64,000 nt of DNA, from the NCBI GenBank assembly GCA_036785375.1, contig JAWMAR010001868.1:62001-126000 (forward strand). The letters run 5' to 3'. A model generated the notes under the pieces. It saw nothing but the letters and a program-made list of their open reading frames with translations. It searched no databases and was not told the origin of the DNA. The position numbers and the translations under genes are program-made. Within the stretch, counting starts at the first letter, position 1. Each line of letters opens with the position of its first letter. Positions 35,143 to 48,084 of this stretch are shown piece by piece. This DNA comes from Leucoraja ocellata (lineage: Eukaryota).

Positions 35143-36245
35143 ACCACAAATGGCCAGACGGAAGAACAGCTTCGCACAGGAAGAAGCTGCAGATGCTGCT
35201 TTCAACCGAAGATATACACAAAAAGCTGGAGTAACCCAGCGTGACAGACAGCATCTGTGGGCAAAAGGGTCTCGAAATGGAACTGTGCGAGTCGGCACTG
35301 ACCAGCGACCCCCACACATAATCGATGTCCGACACACACTGGCGACAATTTACATTTAAACCTGTATATCTACACGCCTGCGCGTCCTTGGAGTTCGGGA
35401 GGAAACCGAAGATGTCGGAGAAAATCCTCGTGGTCTCGGGGAGAACGTGCACACTCCACACAGACAGCACCCTTAGTCGGGATTGAACCCGCGTCTCTGG
35501 CGCTGTCAGGCAGCAACTCTACCGCTGTGCCACCGTGCTGGATAGCTTGAGCTCAGAAACGCAGATCTAACACATGTGGTCACAAAACTCTGTAGTAACA
35601 GCGGGGCAGGCAGCATCTCTGGAGAAAATCCACGCGGTCACGGGGAGAACGTATTAACCGCGCAGCCGGCGGCCGTGGTCGGAATCGAACCCGGGTCTGA
35701 ACCTGTGAGGCAGCAACTCTACCGCTGCGGCACTGTTTACTGTTGCCCTCCCCTAATTCCCCATTTAATGATGCGCTCCACTAATTCCCCATTTAACGTT
35801 GCGCTCCCCTAATTCCCCATTTAATATTGCGCTCCCCTAATTCCCCATTTATTCGTGCCCTCCTCTAATTCCCCATTTACTGCCTGACAGCGCCAGAGAC
35901 GCGGGTTCAATCCCGACTAAGGGTGCTGTCTGTGTGGAGTGTGCACGTTCTCCCCCAGACCGCGTGGATTTTCTCCGACATCTTCGGTTTCCTCCCGAAC
36001 TCCAAGGACGCGCAGGCGTGTAGATATACAGGTTTAAATGTAAATTGTCCCCAGTGTGTGTCGGACATCGATTATGTGTGGGGGTCGCTGATCAGTGCCG
36101 ACTCGCACAGTTCCTTTTCGAGACCCTTTTCTCCACAGATGCTGTCTGTCACGCTGGGTTACTCCAGCTTTTTGTGTCTATCTGCGGTTGAAAGCAGCAT
36201 CTGCAGCTTCCTGTGCGAAGCAGTACTTACGTCTGGACATTTGAG
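35143..36245. repeat. Inverted duplication of a V-SINE/pLTR cassette (arms ~35143-35513 and ~35880-36245) with a spacer containing a ~29-bp tandem repeat
   Basis: ORFs 35126..35470(-) and 35923..36273(+) translate almost identically; gcgctcccctaattccccattt units at ~35745-35880. Confidence 0.9.
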
Positions 36246-39200
36246 GGGATTAGAGGTCTTTAGACTGGTTTAGAGGGATTTAGAGGAGGTTAGAGGGGTT
36301 GAGACCGGGTTAGAGGGGTGTATAGGGGTTTATAGGGGTTTACAGGGGTTTCGAGTGGCTTAGAGGGGTTTAGTGGGGTTTAGAGGGGTTTAGTGGAGTA
36401 TAGAGGGGTATAGAGTGGTATAGATGGGTTTGGAGGGGTTTACAGGGGTGTGGAGGTGATTGGAGGGGTTTAGAGGTGTTCAGTTGAGTTTAGAGGGGTT
36501 TCGAAGGGTGTGGAGGGGCTTCCAGGGGGTTGGAGTGGTTTAGAGGGGGATGGAGGTGCTTGCAGTGTTGGTGGTGGTGTTTTGCAGGGGTTTACAGGAG
36601 TTTATACGGGTTTTGAGGGGTTTAGCGGGCTGTATAGAGGTTTAGTGGCGTCTAGAGTAGTTAACCGCGGTTTAGAGTAGTTTAGAGGTGTTTACATGTG
36701 TTTAGAGGGGTTTACAGAGATTTGGCGGTGTTTGCGGGAGTTTAGAGGTGTTCAGAGGGTTTTCGAGGGATTTTGAGGGGTTTAGAGTGGTTTACAGGGG
36801 TTTAACAGGTGTTTAGAAAGTTATAGAGATGTTTACAGGGGTTTAGAGGAGTTTACAAGGGGTTTCCATGTGTTTACAGGTGTAGAGAGGTTTACAGGGT
36901 TTTACAGGGGGTTTAGATGGCTTTACATGGATTTAGAGGGGTTTGGAGGGGTTTTGATGGGTTTAGTGGGATTTGGAGGGGTTTAGGGTTTTTTACATGG
37001 GGTTAGAGAGGTTTAGAGTGGTGTACATGGGGTTTAAAGGGTTAACATAGGGTTTACATGTGTTTACAGGTGTAGAGAGGTTTAGAGGGGTTTACAGTGG
37101 TTTAGAGAGTCAGGTAGGTTTACAGGGGGTTTAGATGGATTTACAGGTGTTTAGAGGGAATGTTAGGGGTTTAGATGGGTTTGGAGGGGTTTACAGGTGT
37201 TTGCAGGTGTTTGCAGGTGTTTAGAGTGGTTTAGAGGGTTTTACAGAAGTTTACATGTGTTTTGAGGGGTTTACAGGGGGTTAGGAGGGTTTGTATGGGG
37301 TTTACAGGGGTTTAAGGGGGCCTACATGGGGTGTATAAGGGGTTTAGATGGGATTACTGGGGTTTAGAGGGCTTTTTAGGGGGTTTAGAGAGGTTTAAAG
37401 GGGTATACAGGTGTTTATAGGTGTAGAGAGGTTTAGAGGGTTTTACAGAGGTTTCTATGGTATTAGAGAGGTTTTCATGGGTTTAGAGGGGTTTACATGT
37501 CTTTGCAGGAGTTTATATGGGTTTAGAGGGGTTTATGGTGTGTTTAGATAGGTTTACAGAGGTTTACAGGGATCTAGAGGGGTTTACTGGCGTTTACTGG
37601 GGTTTACAGGGGTTTACAAGTGTTTAGAGGTGTTTAGAGGAGGTTAGAGGGATGTACAGGGGTTTATATGGGTTTAAAGGGTTTACAGGGGGTTAGAGGG
37701 TTTACGTGTTTAGATGGGTTTTTAGGGGTTTAGAGGTTTTTTTTAGTTGTTTAGAGATGTTTACAGGGGTTTAGAGGGATTTACGGGGTATGCGGGGGGT
37801 AGGTGGGTTTTGAGGAGTTTAGTGGGTTTCATATGTGTTTAGAGGGGATTAGAGGGGTTTACAGAGGTTTATAGTGGTTTACAGGTGTTTAGGGTTTTTT
37901 AGAGATGTTTACAGGGGGTTTAGAGGGGTTTACATACGGGTTACACGTGTTTATAGGTGTTTAGACGGTTTTAGAGAGATTAACAGGTTTACAAGGGTTG
38001 AGAGGAGTTTCCAGTGGTTTTGGGGGTTTACATGGGGTTTACATGGGGGTTTGAGGGGTTCAGCGGGCTTTATTCTGGACAAGAGGATGGGGACTGGACT
38101 TTGTGCCTTCCCCCACAGTGGGAATCACTATGGGGGGATGTTTTATGTTTGGTGTTGAATTTCTTCATGAATACTATGTTGTATTTTTATTAGTGTGCTG
38201 CAAGGACATCTGAATTTTCCCTGAATAAGGGGGTTAATAAAGTCTAATCTAATCTAATCTATAGGGGTTTAGAGACGTCTAGAGTAATTAACCGTGGTTT
38301 AGATTGGTTTACATGGGGTTTACAGGGTGTTATAGGGGGTTAGATGGCTTTATATGTGTTTGGTTGGCTTTGGATGGATGTAGAGGGGGCTTGCAGGAGT
38401 TTGGAGGTGCCTGGAGCGGTTTAGAGCAGTTTGAAGGGATTTGGAGGGGGTTAGAGGGGGTTAGAGTGGTTCGGAGGGTTTTAGATGGGTTTAGAGGGGT
38501 TTAGAACGGTTTAAAGGGTTTAGAGGGTTTTAGAGATGTTTACAGGTGTTTAGTAGGCTTTACAGGGGTTTTGAGGGGTTTACACATGTTTAGAGGGTTT
38601 TAGAGAGGTTTATAGGGGTTTACAGGTGTTTACAGGTGGAGAGGGGTTTACAGGTGTAGAGAGGTTTAGTGTGGTTTACAGGGGGTTTAGAGGGTTTTAG
38701 AGAGGTTTACATGGGTTTAGAGGGGTTTACAGGGATCTAAAGGGGTTTACAGTGGTTTACCGGCATTTACTGGGGCTTAGCGGGGTCTACCGGGGTTTAC
38801 TAGTGTTTAGAGGGATTTACAGGGGGTTAGAGGGATGTACAGGGGTTTAGATGGGTTTTAGATGGGTTTTGGAGGGGTTTAGAGGTCTTTAGAAGGGGTA
38901 CAGTGGTTTAGGGGGGATTTACATGGTGTTTACAGGTGTTTACTGGTGTTACGAGAGGTTACGAGTGCCTTCGAGGGGTTTAAAGGGGTTTGCATGTGTT
39001 TAGAGGGTTTTAGAGAGGTGTACAGGGGTTTAAAGGGGTTAACATGGCGTTTACAGCTGTTTACAGGCGTAGAGATGTTTAGAGGGGTTTACAAGGGTTT
39101 AGCGGGTCTTAGGTAGGTTTACAGGTGTTTAGAGGGGTTTACAGGGGTTTAGGGGGTTTACATGAGCTTGACAGGGGGGTTTAGAGGTGTTTAGAGGGGT

Positions 39201-39502
39201 TTACACGGGGTTTACAGAATTTTACAGGTATTGAGGGGGTTTTAGAGATGTTTACAGGGGTTTAGAGGCTTACATGGGTTTAGAGGGGTATACAGTATTT
39301 TAGGGGGGTTACATGGGGTTTAGAGGGGTTTGGGGGGTTACATGGGGTTTACAGGGTGTTTATAGGGGGTTAGATGGCTTTATAGGGGTTTGGGGTGCTT
39401 TGGCGAGATTTAGAGGGGGTTTGCATGGTGTTTGGGGGTGTCTGGAGAGGTTTAGAGCAGTGTGGAGGGGATTAGAGAGTTTTACAGGGGTTTAGCGGGT
39501 TT
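36246..39502 (+). repeat. Degenerate G-rich 10-mer satellite (TTTAGAGGGG / TTTACAGGGG)n
   Basis: About 3.2 kb of 10-nt periodic units; a LINE 3' end with AATAAA and (TCTAA)n tail is inserted at ~38070-38260. Confidence 0.92.
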
Positions 39503-42500
39503 TAGAAACATAGAAACATAGAAATTACGTGCAGGAGTAGGCCATTCGGCCCTTCGAGCCTGCACCGCCATTCAATATGATCATGGCTGATCATCCAACA
39601 CAGTATCCCGTACCTGCCTTCTCTCCACACCCTCTGATCCCCACAAGGGCCACATCTAACTCCCTCTTAAATATAGCCAATGAACTGGCCTCAACTACCC
39701 TCTGTAGCAGAGAGTTCTAGAGATTCACCACTCTCTGTGTGAAAAAAGTTCTCCTCATCTCGGTTTTAAAGGATTTCCCCCTTATCCTTAAGCTGTGACC
39801 CCTTGTCCTGGACTTCCCCAACATCGGGAGCAATCTTCCTGCATCTAGCCTGTCCAACCCCTTAAGAATTTTGTAAGTTTCTATAAGATCCCCTCTCAAT
39901 CTCCTAAATTCTAGAGAGTATAAACCAAGTCTATCCAGTCTTTCTTCATAAGACAGTCCTGACATCCCAGGAATCAGTCTGGTGAACCTTCTCTGCACTC
40001 CCTCTATGGCAATAATGTCCTTCCTCAGATTTGGAGACCAAAACTGCACGCAATACACCAGGTGTGGTCTCACCAAGACCCTGTACAACTGCAGTAGAAC
40101 CTCCCTGCTCCTATACTCAAATCCTCTTGCTATGAAAGCCAACATACCATTTGCTTTCTTTACTGCCTGCTGCACCTGCATGCCTACCTTCAATGACTGG
40201 TGTACCATGACACCCAGGTCTCGCTGCATCTCCCCCTTTCCCAATCGGCCACCATTTAAATAATAATCGGCTTTCCCGTTTTTGCCACCAAAATGGATAA
40301 CCTCACATTTATCCACATTATACTGCATCTGCCAAACATTTGCCCACTCACCCAGCCTATCCAAGTCACCTTGCAGTCTCCTAGCATCCTCCTCACACCT
40401 AACACTGCCCCCCAGCTTAGTGTCATCTGCAAACTTGGAGATATTGCCTTCAATTCCCTCATCCAGATCATTAATATATATTGTAAATAGCTGGGGTCCC
40501 AGTACTGAGCCTTGCGGTACCCCACTAGTCACTGCCTGCCATTGTGAAAAGGACCCGTTTACTCCTACTCTTTGCTTCCTGTTTGCCAGCCAGTTCTCTA
40601 TCCACATCAATACTGAACCCTCAATGCCATGTGCTTTAAGTTTGTATACTAATCTCTTATGTGGGACCTTGTCGAAAGCCTTCTGGAAGTCCAGATACAC
40701 CACATCCACTGGTGCTCCCCTATCCACGCTACTAGTTACATCCTCGAAAAATTCTATAAGATTCGTCAGACATGACTTACCTTTCGTAAATCCATGCTGA
40801 CTTTGTCCAATGATTTCACCACTTTCCAAATGTGCTGCTATCCCATCTTTAATAACTGACTCTAGCAGTTTCCCCACTACCGATGTTAGACTAACTGGTT
40901 TGTAATTCCCCGTTTTCTCTCTCCCTCCCTTCTTAAAAAGTGGGGTTACGTTTGCTACCCGCCAATCCTCAGGAACTACTCCAGAATCTAAAGAGTTTTG
41001 AAAGATTATTACTAATGCATCCACTATTTCTGGAGCTACTTCCTTAAGTACTCTGGGATGCAGCCCATCTGGCCCTGGGGATTTATCGGCCTTTAATCCA
41101 TTCAATTTACCCAACACCACTTCGCGACTAACCTGGATTTCACTCAATTCCTCCACCTCCTTTGACCCGCGGGCCCCTGCTATTTCCGGCAGATCATTTA
41201 TGTCTTCCTTAGTGAAGACGGAACCAAAGTAGTTATTCAATTGGTCCGCCATATCCTGGTTCCCCATGATCAACTCACCTGTTTCTGACTGCAAGGGTCC
41301 TACATTTGTTTTAACTAATCTCTTTCTTTTCACATATCTATAAAAACATTTGCAGTCAGTTTTTATGTTCCCTGCCAGTTTTCTTTCATAATCCATTTTT
41401 CCTTTCCTAATTAAGCCCCTCGTCCTCCTCTGCTGGTCTCTGAATTTCTCCCAGTCCTCTGGTATGCTGCTTTTTCTGGCTAGTTTGTACGCATCATCCT
41501 TTGCTTTGATACTATCCCTGATTTCCCTTGTTATGCATGGATGCACTACCTTCCCTGATTTATTCTTTTGCCCAACAGGGATGAACAATTTTTGTAGTTC
41601 ATCCATGCAGTCTTTAAATGCCTTCCATTGCATATCCACCGTCAACCCTTTTAGAATGAATTGCCAGTCAACCTTGGCCAATTCACGTCTCATACCCTCA
41701 AAGATACCTTTCTTTAAGTTGAAAACCATTGTTTCTGAATTAACAATGTCACTCTCCATCCTAATGAAGAACTCAACCATATTATGGTCACTCTTGCCCA
41801 AGGGGCCACACACAACAAGACTACTAACTAACCCTTCCTCATTACTCAATACCCAGTCTAAAATAGCCAGCTCTCTCGTTGGTTCCTCTACATGTTGATT
41901 TAGATAACTATCCCGCATACATTCCAAGAAATCCTCTTCCTCAGCACCCCTGCCAATTTGATTCACCCAATCTATATGTAGATTGAAGTCACCCATTATA
42001 ACTGTTTTGCCTTTGTCGCACGCATTTCTAATTTCCTGTTTGATACCATCTCCAACTTCACTACTACTGTTAGGTGGCCTGTACACAACACCCACCAGCG
42101 TTTTCTGCCCCTTAGTGTTTCGCAGCTCTACCCATACCGATTCCACATCCTCCAAACTAATGTCCTTCCTTTCCATTGCATTAATCTCCTCTCTAATCAG
42201 TAACGCTACCCCACCTCCTTTTCCTTTCTCTCTATCCCTCCTGAATATTGAATATTCCTGGATGTTCAGCTCCCAGCCTTGGTCACCCTGGAGCCATGTC
42301 TCCGTGATCCCAACTATATCATAGTCATTAATAGCTATCTGCACATTCAACTCATCCACCTTATTACCAATGCTCCTTGCATTGAGACACAAAGCCTTCA
42401 GGCTTGTTTTTACAACACTCTTACCCCTTATACAATTATGTTGACAAGTGGCCCTTTTTGATTTTTGCCCGGGTTTTGTCTGCCTGCCAATTTTACTTTT

Positions 42501-43820
42501 CACCTTGCTACCTATTGCTTCTACCCTCATTTTACACCCCTCGGCCTCTACGCTCACACATTTAAGAAACCCTTTCCCTTTAACTCCATCCTCCACTATC
42601 CCATTCGACACCCCACCCCCCTTATTCAGTTTAAAGCCACCCGTGTAGCAGTGGCAAACCTGCCTGCCAGAATGCTGGTCCCACACCTGTTAAGATGCAA
42701 TCCGTCCCAATTTGTACAGTTCCCCCTTACCCCAAAACAGATCCCAGTGATCTAAGAATCTAAAGCCCTGCCCCATGCACCAGTTCCTCAGCCACACGTT
42801 CAGGTCCCGTATCTCCCTGTTCCTGCTCTCGCCAGCACGGGAAACTGGAAGCAAACCGGAGATAACAACCCTGGAGGTCCTGCTTTTCAACATTTTTCCG
42901 AGCTCTCTAAAGTCACGCTGCAGAATATTCATCCCCTTCTTTCCGACATCGTTTGTGCCGACATGCACTACCACCTCCGGATGTTCACCTTCGCCCTTGA
43001 GGATTTTCTGCACTCTGTCCGTGACATCCTGGATCCTGGCACCGGGAAGGCAGCACACCATCCTCGCATCCCGTCTGTTGCCGCAGAAACCCCTGTCCGT
43101 ACCTCTCACGATGGAGTCTCCCACTACAATGGCCTTGCCTGCCTTAGGCCTTTTTGGTTTTGGCTCAACAGCCCTATTCGCATCGCAAGCCAGTCCGCCG
43201 CTCACGTCTTCTGTCCCAACAGCTTCTAAGCGGGTGAACCTGTTTACAAGAGGTACACCACCCGGGGACGTTGGCATTCCATGCTTCCCTCCCTTTCTCA
43301 CTGTCTCCCACCTTCTCTCTTCCAGTACCTTAGGTGTAACAATCGTACTGTAGGACTTGTCGAGGAACAACTCCGTTTCTCGTACGAAACGGAGGTCATC
43401 CACTTGCTTCTCCAGTTCCCCAACACGGCCCTTCAGGAGCTCCACCTGGATGCACTTTCCACATTTGTAGCAGCCAGAGGCACCAGCGGTGTCCTTGACC
43501 TCCCACATACTGCAAGCATCGCACTGAATCAGCCTTCTTTCGTCTCTCCCTCGCCAGTGTTTTGCGTAGCCTCCTCTCCTCAGCCTCCTCGCTGAAGACT
43601 CTCGAGCCAAAGACTCACACTTTTCTCACAGGGCAGTTCCCTCACTGCCGCTCGCTAAGAGCCGTCTTGCTTAAATTGACTGATAAATTGCCTGATTTAC
43701 CAATTTGCAAAGCAAATTCCTCAGTTTTCAACTGTTTTACCACACTGACTCACTTCTCTCCTCCCACTTGGGCTAGAGCCAATCAGTCGTATCTCTTGCT
43801 AATCTGCTGCTGCTGTTCCT
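39503..43820 (-). mobile_element. Near full-length CR1 LINE (ORF1 zinc finger + SGNH esterase; ORF2 APE + RT)
   Basis: ORF1 42690..43610 has CDAC...CGKC, GDSIVRG and HVGTND, with a late frameshift. ORF2 39717..42686 has LNARS, ETWL, GDFN, SDHN and FADD, ending at a premature stop (QRVVNL*). (TTTCTATG)n tail. Confidence 0.95.
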
Positions 43821-43829
43821 CCCAAATCT

Positions 43830-45804
43830 ACAGCAGATCTGAACCATAAACAGGGTTTATGAAAGGCCGGCAGTCCTCCCACAATACTAGGCGTCTCCTT
43901 AACATCATCAATTCACCAAGTAGTGAGACCCCGGAGATAGTGGTCTCCCTCGACGCTGAAAAAGCTTTCGACAGGGTCAAGTGGAAGTACCTATACGAGG
44001 CGATGGACAGGTTTGGCCTCGGCAATAGTGTCATTCATTGGGTCAGTCTATTATTCTCGTCCCCGGTGGCCTCAGTACATACAAACGACACACTGTCGCC
44101 CCACTTCCCCCTTCGGAGAGGTACCAGGCAGGGTTGCCCGTTATCACCACTTCTGTTTGCTGTCGCGATAGAGCCCTTGGCGGTTTGGTTACGCTCAGAG
44201 AAGGCCTTTAAAGGTATCACACGGTTTGACACAATTCATAAAGTCTCATTGTATGCGGATGACCTGCTCCTGTACATCTCGAATCCAGTCAGCTCTCTCC
44301 CTGTGATTACGAATATTTTAGAACGGTTTGGTGCATACTCTGGTTATAAACTTAACTACCAAAAAAGTGAACTATTACCGATTAACTCATCGGCTAAGCA
44401 GCTCCCTCGTTCTTTAACCTCATTTAAATGGGCAGAGGACGGATTTCGCTACCTCGGCGTTTTTATCACAATACCTATATTTGATATGTTCCGCACAAAC
44501 TTCCTGCCTCTGGTTGAGAAAGCTGAAAGAGACTTTGACCGCTGGTCAGTTTTACCGTTATCCCTCGCGGCCCGGATAAATCTGGTTAAGATGGTCGTCC
44601 TACCCAAATTCCTGTACCTTTTCCAGCATGTTCCTATATTTATCATTAAATCTTTTTTTGATAAATTAGAAAGGAGAATATCTAAATTTTTATGGTGTAG
44701 CAAACCGGCCAGAATTCGAAAGACGGTACTACAGTCTCCTAAGAGTGACGGCGGTTTGGCACTTCCTGACTTTAGGCGAAACTACTGGGCTGCTAACTTG
44801 CAAAAAATCCTGTACTGGATGAATGATGATTGCGACCACCTACCGACCTGGGTACACATGGAAAAGGCGAGTTCACATCTCCCGTTGCGGTCTGTCCTAT
44901 GCTCTCAACTCCCCCTTTCTATAACATCTGCGGGTGCAGGCCCAATTGCATCCGTCTCGCTCAAGATATGGAGTCAACTTAGGAAAAACTTCGGTTTACA
45001 AGGCCCTTACATCTTGACCCCACTGCTTAAAAATCACATCTTTAAACCTTCAAGTACAGACTCTGCATTCAAAACCTGGCATAGTAATGGCATCAGCAGT
45101 ATCAAAAACCTATACAAGGATGGCTTTTTTTTGTCTTTTGCAGAGCTTTCGTCCAACTATAGCCTCCCAAACTCCCACCTTTTTCGTTTTTTCCAGATTA
45201 GGGATTTTGTGAAGAAGATATTCCCCCATTTCCCAAATCGTCCCTCTAAAACCATGACCGATTCCATCCTAGCTCTAGATCCCAACCGGAAGAAATGCAT
45301 CTCTTTTTTGTACAACTTGTTAGGGTCGGTTATATTGAAACCTCATACCTCATTAAAAGCTGTATGGGAGGGCGAGCTGAATACGAAACTAACAGGCCAT
45401 CAATGGGACTCTGCCTTGGATTTGATCCATTCTTCCTCCATATGTGCCCATCATGGTCTAATCCAATGCAAAGTCCTTCACAAAGTCCACTACACAAACG
45501 CAAGATTATCTAGAATATAGCCCGCTGTTAAAGACACCTGCAACAGATGCAATCAATCCCCTGCCAACCATAGTCATATGTTTTGGTCTTGCCCTATTGC
45601 AGCTGCTATCCCCTCAACCCCTCCCCACAGTGGTATGTGAGTGTTGTTTGTCCCCGGGTGGCGAGGGTGGGTAAGGGTAAGGGTTTTGAGGGTCGTTTAC
45701 ATACTGTTGTACAATTATGTCCTGACTATCACTGTCTGTTATCATTGTATGTATGCAAATTGCTGTTAAATTCAAAATTCAAATAAAAAGATTTAAATTA
45801 AAAA
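43830..45804 (+). mobile_element. L1-clade LINE, 5'-truncated (RT + C-terminal region)
   Basis: ORF 43859..45520: SLDAEKAFDRV, RGTRQGCPLSPLLF, SLYADDLLLY, GGLALPD; AATAAA and A-rich end at 45782-45804. Confidence 0.92.
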
Positions 45805-46580
45805 ATTCCAGAAGATTAGTTAAGCACGATTTCCCCTTCGTAAATCCATGCTGACTTGGACCGATCCTGTTACTGCTATCCAAATGTGCCGCTATTTCAT
45901 CTTTTATAATTGACTCCAGCATCTTCTCCACTACCGATGTCAGGCTAACTGGTCAATAATTCCCTATTTTCTCTCTCCCGCCTTTCTTAAAAAGTGGGAT
46001 AACATTAGCTACCCTCCAATCCACAGGAACTGATCCGGAATCTATAGAATATTGGAAAATGATCAACAATGTGTCCACAATTTCTAGAGCCACTTCCTTA
46101 AATACCCTGGGAGGCAGCCCATCAGGCCCTGGAGATTTATCAGCCTTCAGTCCCATCAGTCTATTCAACACCATTTCCTGCCTGATGGGAATTTCCTTCA
46201 GTTCCTCCGTTACCCTAGATCCTCTGGCCACTAGTACATCAGGAGATTGTTTGTGTTTTCCTTAGTGAAGACAGATCCAAAGTACCTGTTCAACTCGTCT
46301 GCCATGTCCTTGTTCCTCATAATAAATTCACCTGTTTCAGTCTTCAAGGGTCTAACTTTGGTCTAACTAATGTTTTCCTCTTCACATACCTAAAGAAGCT
46401 TTTACTATTCTCCTTTATATTCTTGGCAAGCTTACCTTCGTACCTCATTTTTTCTCCCCGTATTGCCTTTTTTGTTATCTTCTGTTGCTCTATAAGAGTG
46501 TCCCAATCCTCTGGCTTCCCGCTCATCTTTGCTATGTTATACTTCTTCACTTTTATTTTTATACTGTCCCTGACTTCCCT
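45805..46580 (-). mobile_element. CR1 ORF2 internal fragment
   Basis: ORFs 45953..46231 and 46344..46550 (KADKSPGPDG, DWRVANVIPLFKKG). Confidence 0.85.
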
Positions 46581-47296
46581 GGAGTAAACCCACGCAGGTC
46601 ACAGAGAGAATACACACATTGTCACAAACCATTAGAATACCCGCGAATAATTTACATATCAATGTAAATGTGACAATAAAAGACCTTTGAACCACGGGTG
46701 TAAAAATTCTACATTTTCCCCAAAATACACAAACACCCAGACAGGTGGACAGAACCTGGGGAAATATGTCCATGAAGGCCCATTGTGTGTGTCTGTGGAA
46801 GTGAATCCTGTCGGGTAGCAGAATACATCGACTCCCTTCTTAATTCACTGGCACAGCAGCACCTCTACTTCAGACCACGTCACACTCCCTGACTGTGCCA
46901 CGTGATGTTGTACACTTACATGGACATCCAAGGCCTGTCCACAAACAGAACAGACAGGAACATGCAACAGTTAAACATATCTCAGTGCAAAATGCTGACC
47001 CTGAAAAATTAGACGAGGCTTTGGTCTAGAAGTAGCCCGGGCGATCAATGTCTTTTCACAAAGAACTGGATGACATTTGGGAATGTCACATTCAGAAACA
47101 GAGTCAGAGGAATTAATTCACATCTTTCACATACACCACCAAGGTTAAAACCACCACAAACAAAACATTGACTTTCTGGACATTCCCTAAACTTGCCGGC
47201 CCTCTTTCCCTGATGAAGCTGCAGACAAATCAAAACTGGAAGATTGTTGTTGCCCAGTCGTGGACACTACTGGATTGAATTGGCATTAGAGAATGG

Positions 47297-47605
47297 TGGG
47301 CACAGTGGTGTAGCTGGTTGAGCTGCTGCCCCACAGCGCCAGAGACTCGGTTTAATCCTGACCTCCAATGCTGTGTGTGCAGTTTGCACTTTCACCCTGT
47401 GACCGCGTGTGATTTCTCCGGGTGCTCTGGTTTTCTCCCACATTCCAAACACCTGCAGATATGCGTGTTAATTGGCCTCTGTAAATTGCCCCTAGTGTGC
47501 AGGGAGTGGATGAGAAAGTGGGAACTAGTGTGAACGGGTGATAGATGGTCAACGTGGAGTCGGTGGCTGAAAGGGCTGTTTCTAATCTGTATCTCTGAAC
47601 TAAAA
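47297..47605 (+). mobile_element. tRNA-derived V-SINE (HE1-like)
   Basis: tRNA-like head (gggcacagtggtgtagctggt...ggtttaatcc), V-domain-like core (gtgaccgcgtg...ttctccgggtgctctggttttctcccacattcc) and LINE-like tail. Confidence 0.75.
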
Positions 47606-48084
47606 TGGTGACCACATACAAACAGACACCGTCCAAAACTTACATTCAGAGGGACAGTAAACATAGAAACATAGAAATTAGGTGCAGGAGTAGGCCATTC
47701 GGCCCTTCGAGCCTGCACCGCAATTCAATATGATCATGGCTGATCAACCAACTCAGTATCTCGTACCTGCCTTCTCTCCATACCCTCTGATCCCCTTAGC
47801 CACAAGGGCCACATCTAACTCCCTCTTAAATATAGCCAATGAACTGGCCTCGACTACCCTCTGTGGCAGAGAGTTCCAGAGATTCACCACTCTCTGTGTG
47901 AAAAAAGTTCTTCTCATCTCGGTTTTAAAGGATTTCCCCCTTATCCTTAAGCTGTGACCCCTTGTCCTGGACTTCCCCAACATCGGGAGCAATCTTCCTG
48001 TATCTAGCCTGTCCAACCTCTTAAGCATTTTGTAAGTTTCTATAAAATCCCCTCTCAATCTCCTAAATTCTAGAGAGTATAAAC

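Noticed and set aside
35745-35880. Short direct repeats as a CRISPR-like array
   Set aside because: Contiguous tandem units with no unique spacers, in vertebrate DNA.
36246-39502. G-rich array as an Ig switch region or true telomere/fusion site
   Set aside because: It lies 15 kb downstream of TM2 with no C gene following and is essentially devoid of AGCT motifs; the unit is a degenerate 10-mer rather than TTAGGG, and the polarity is opposite to a fusion scar.
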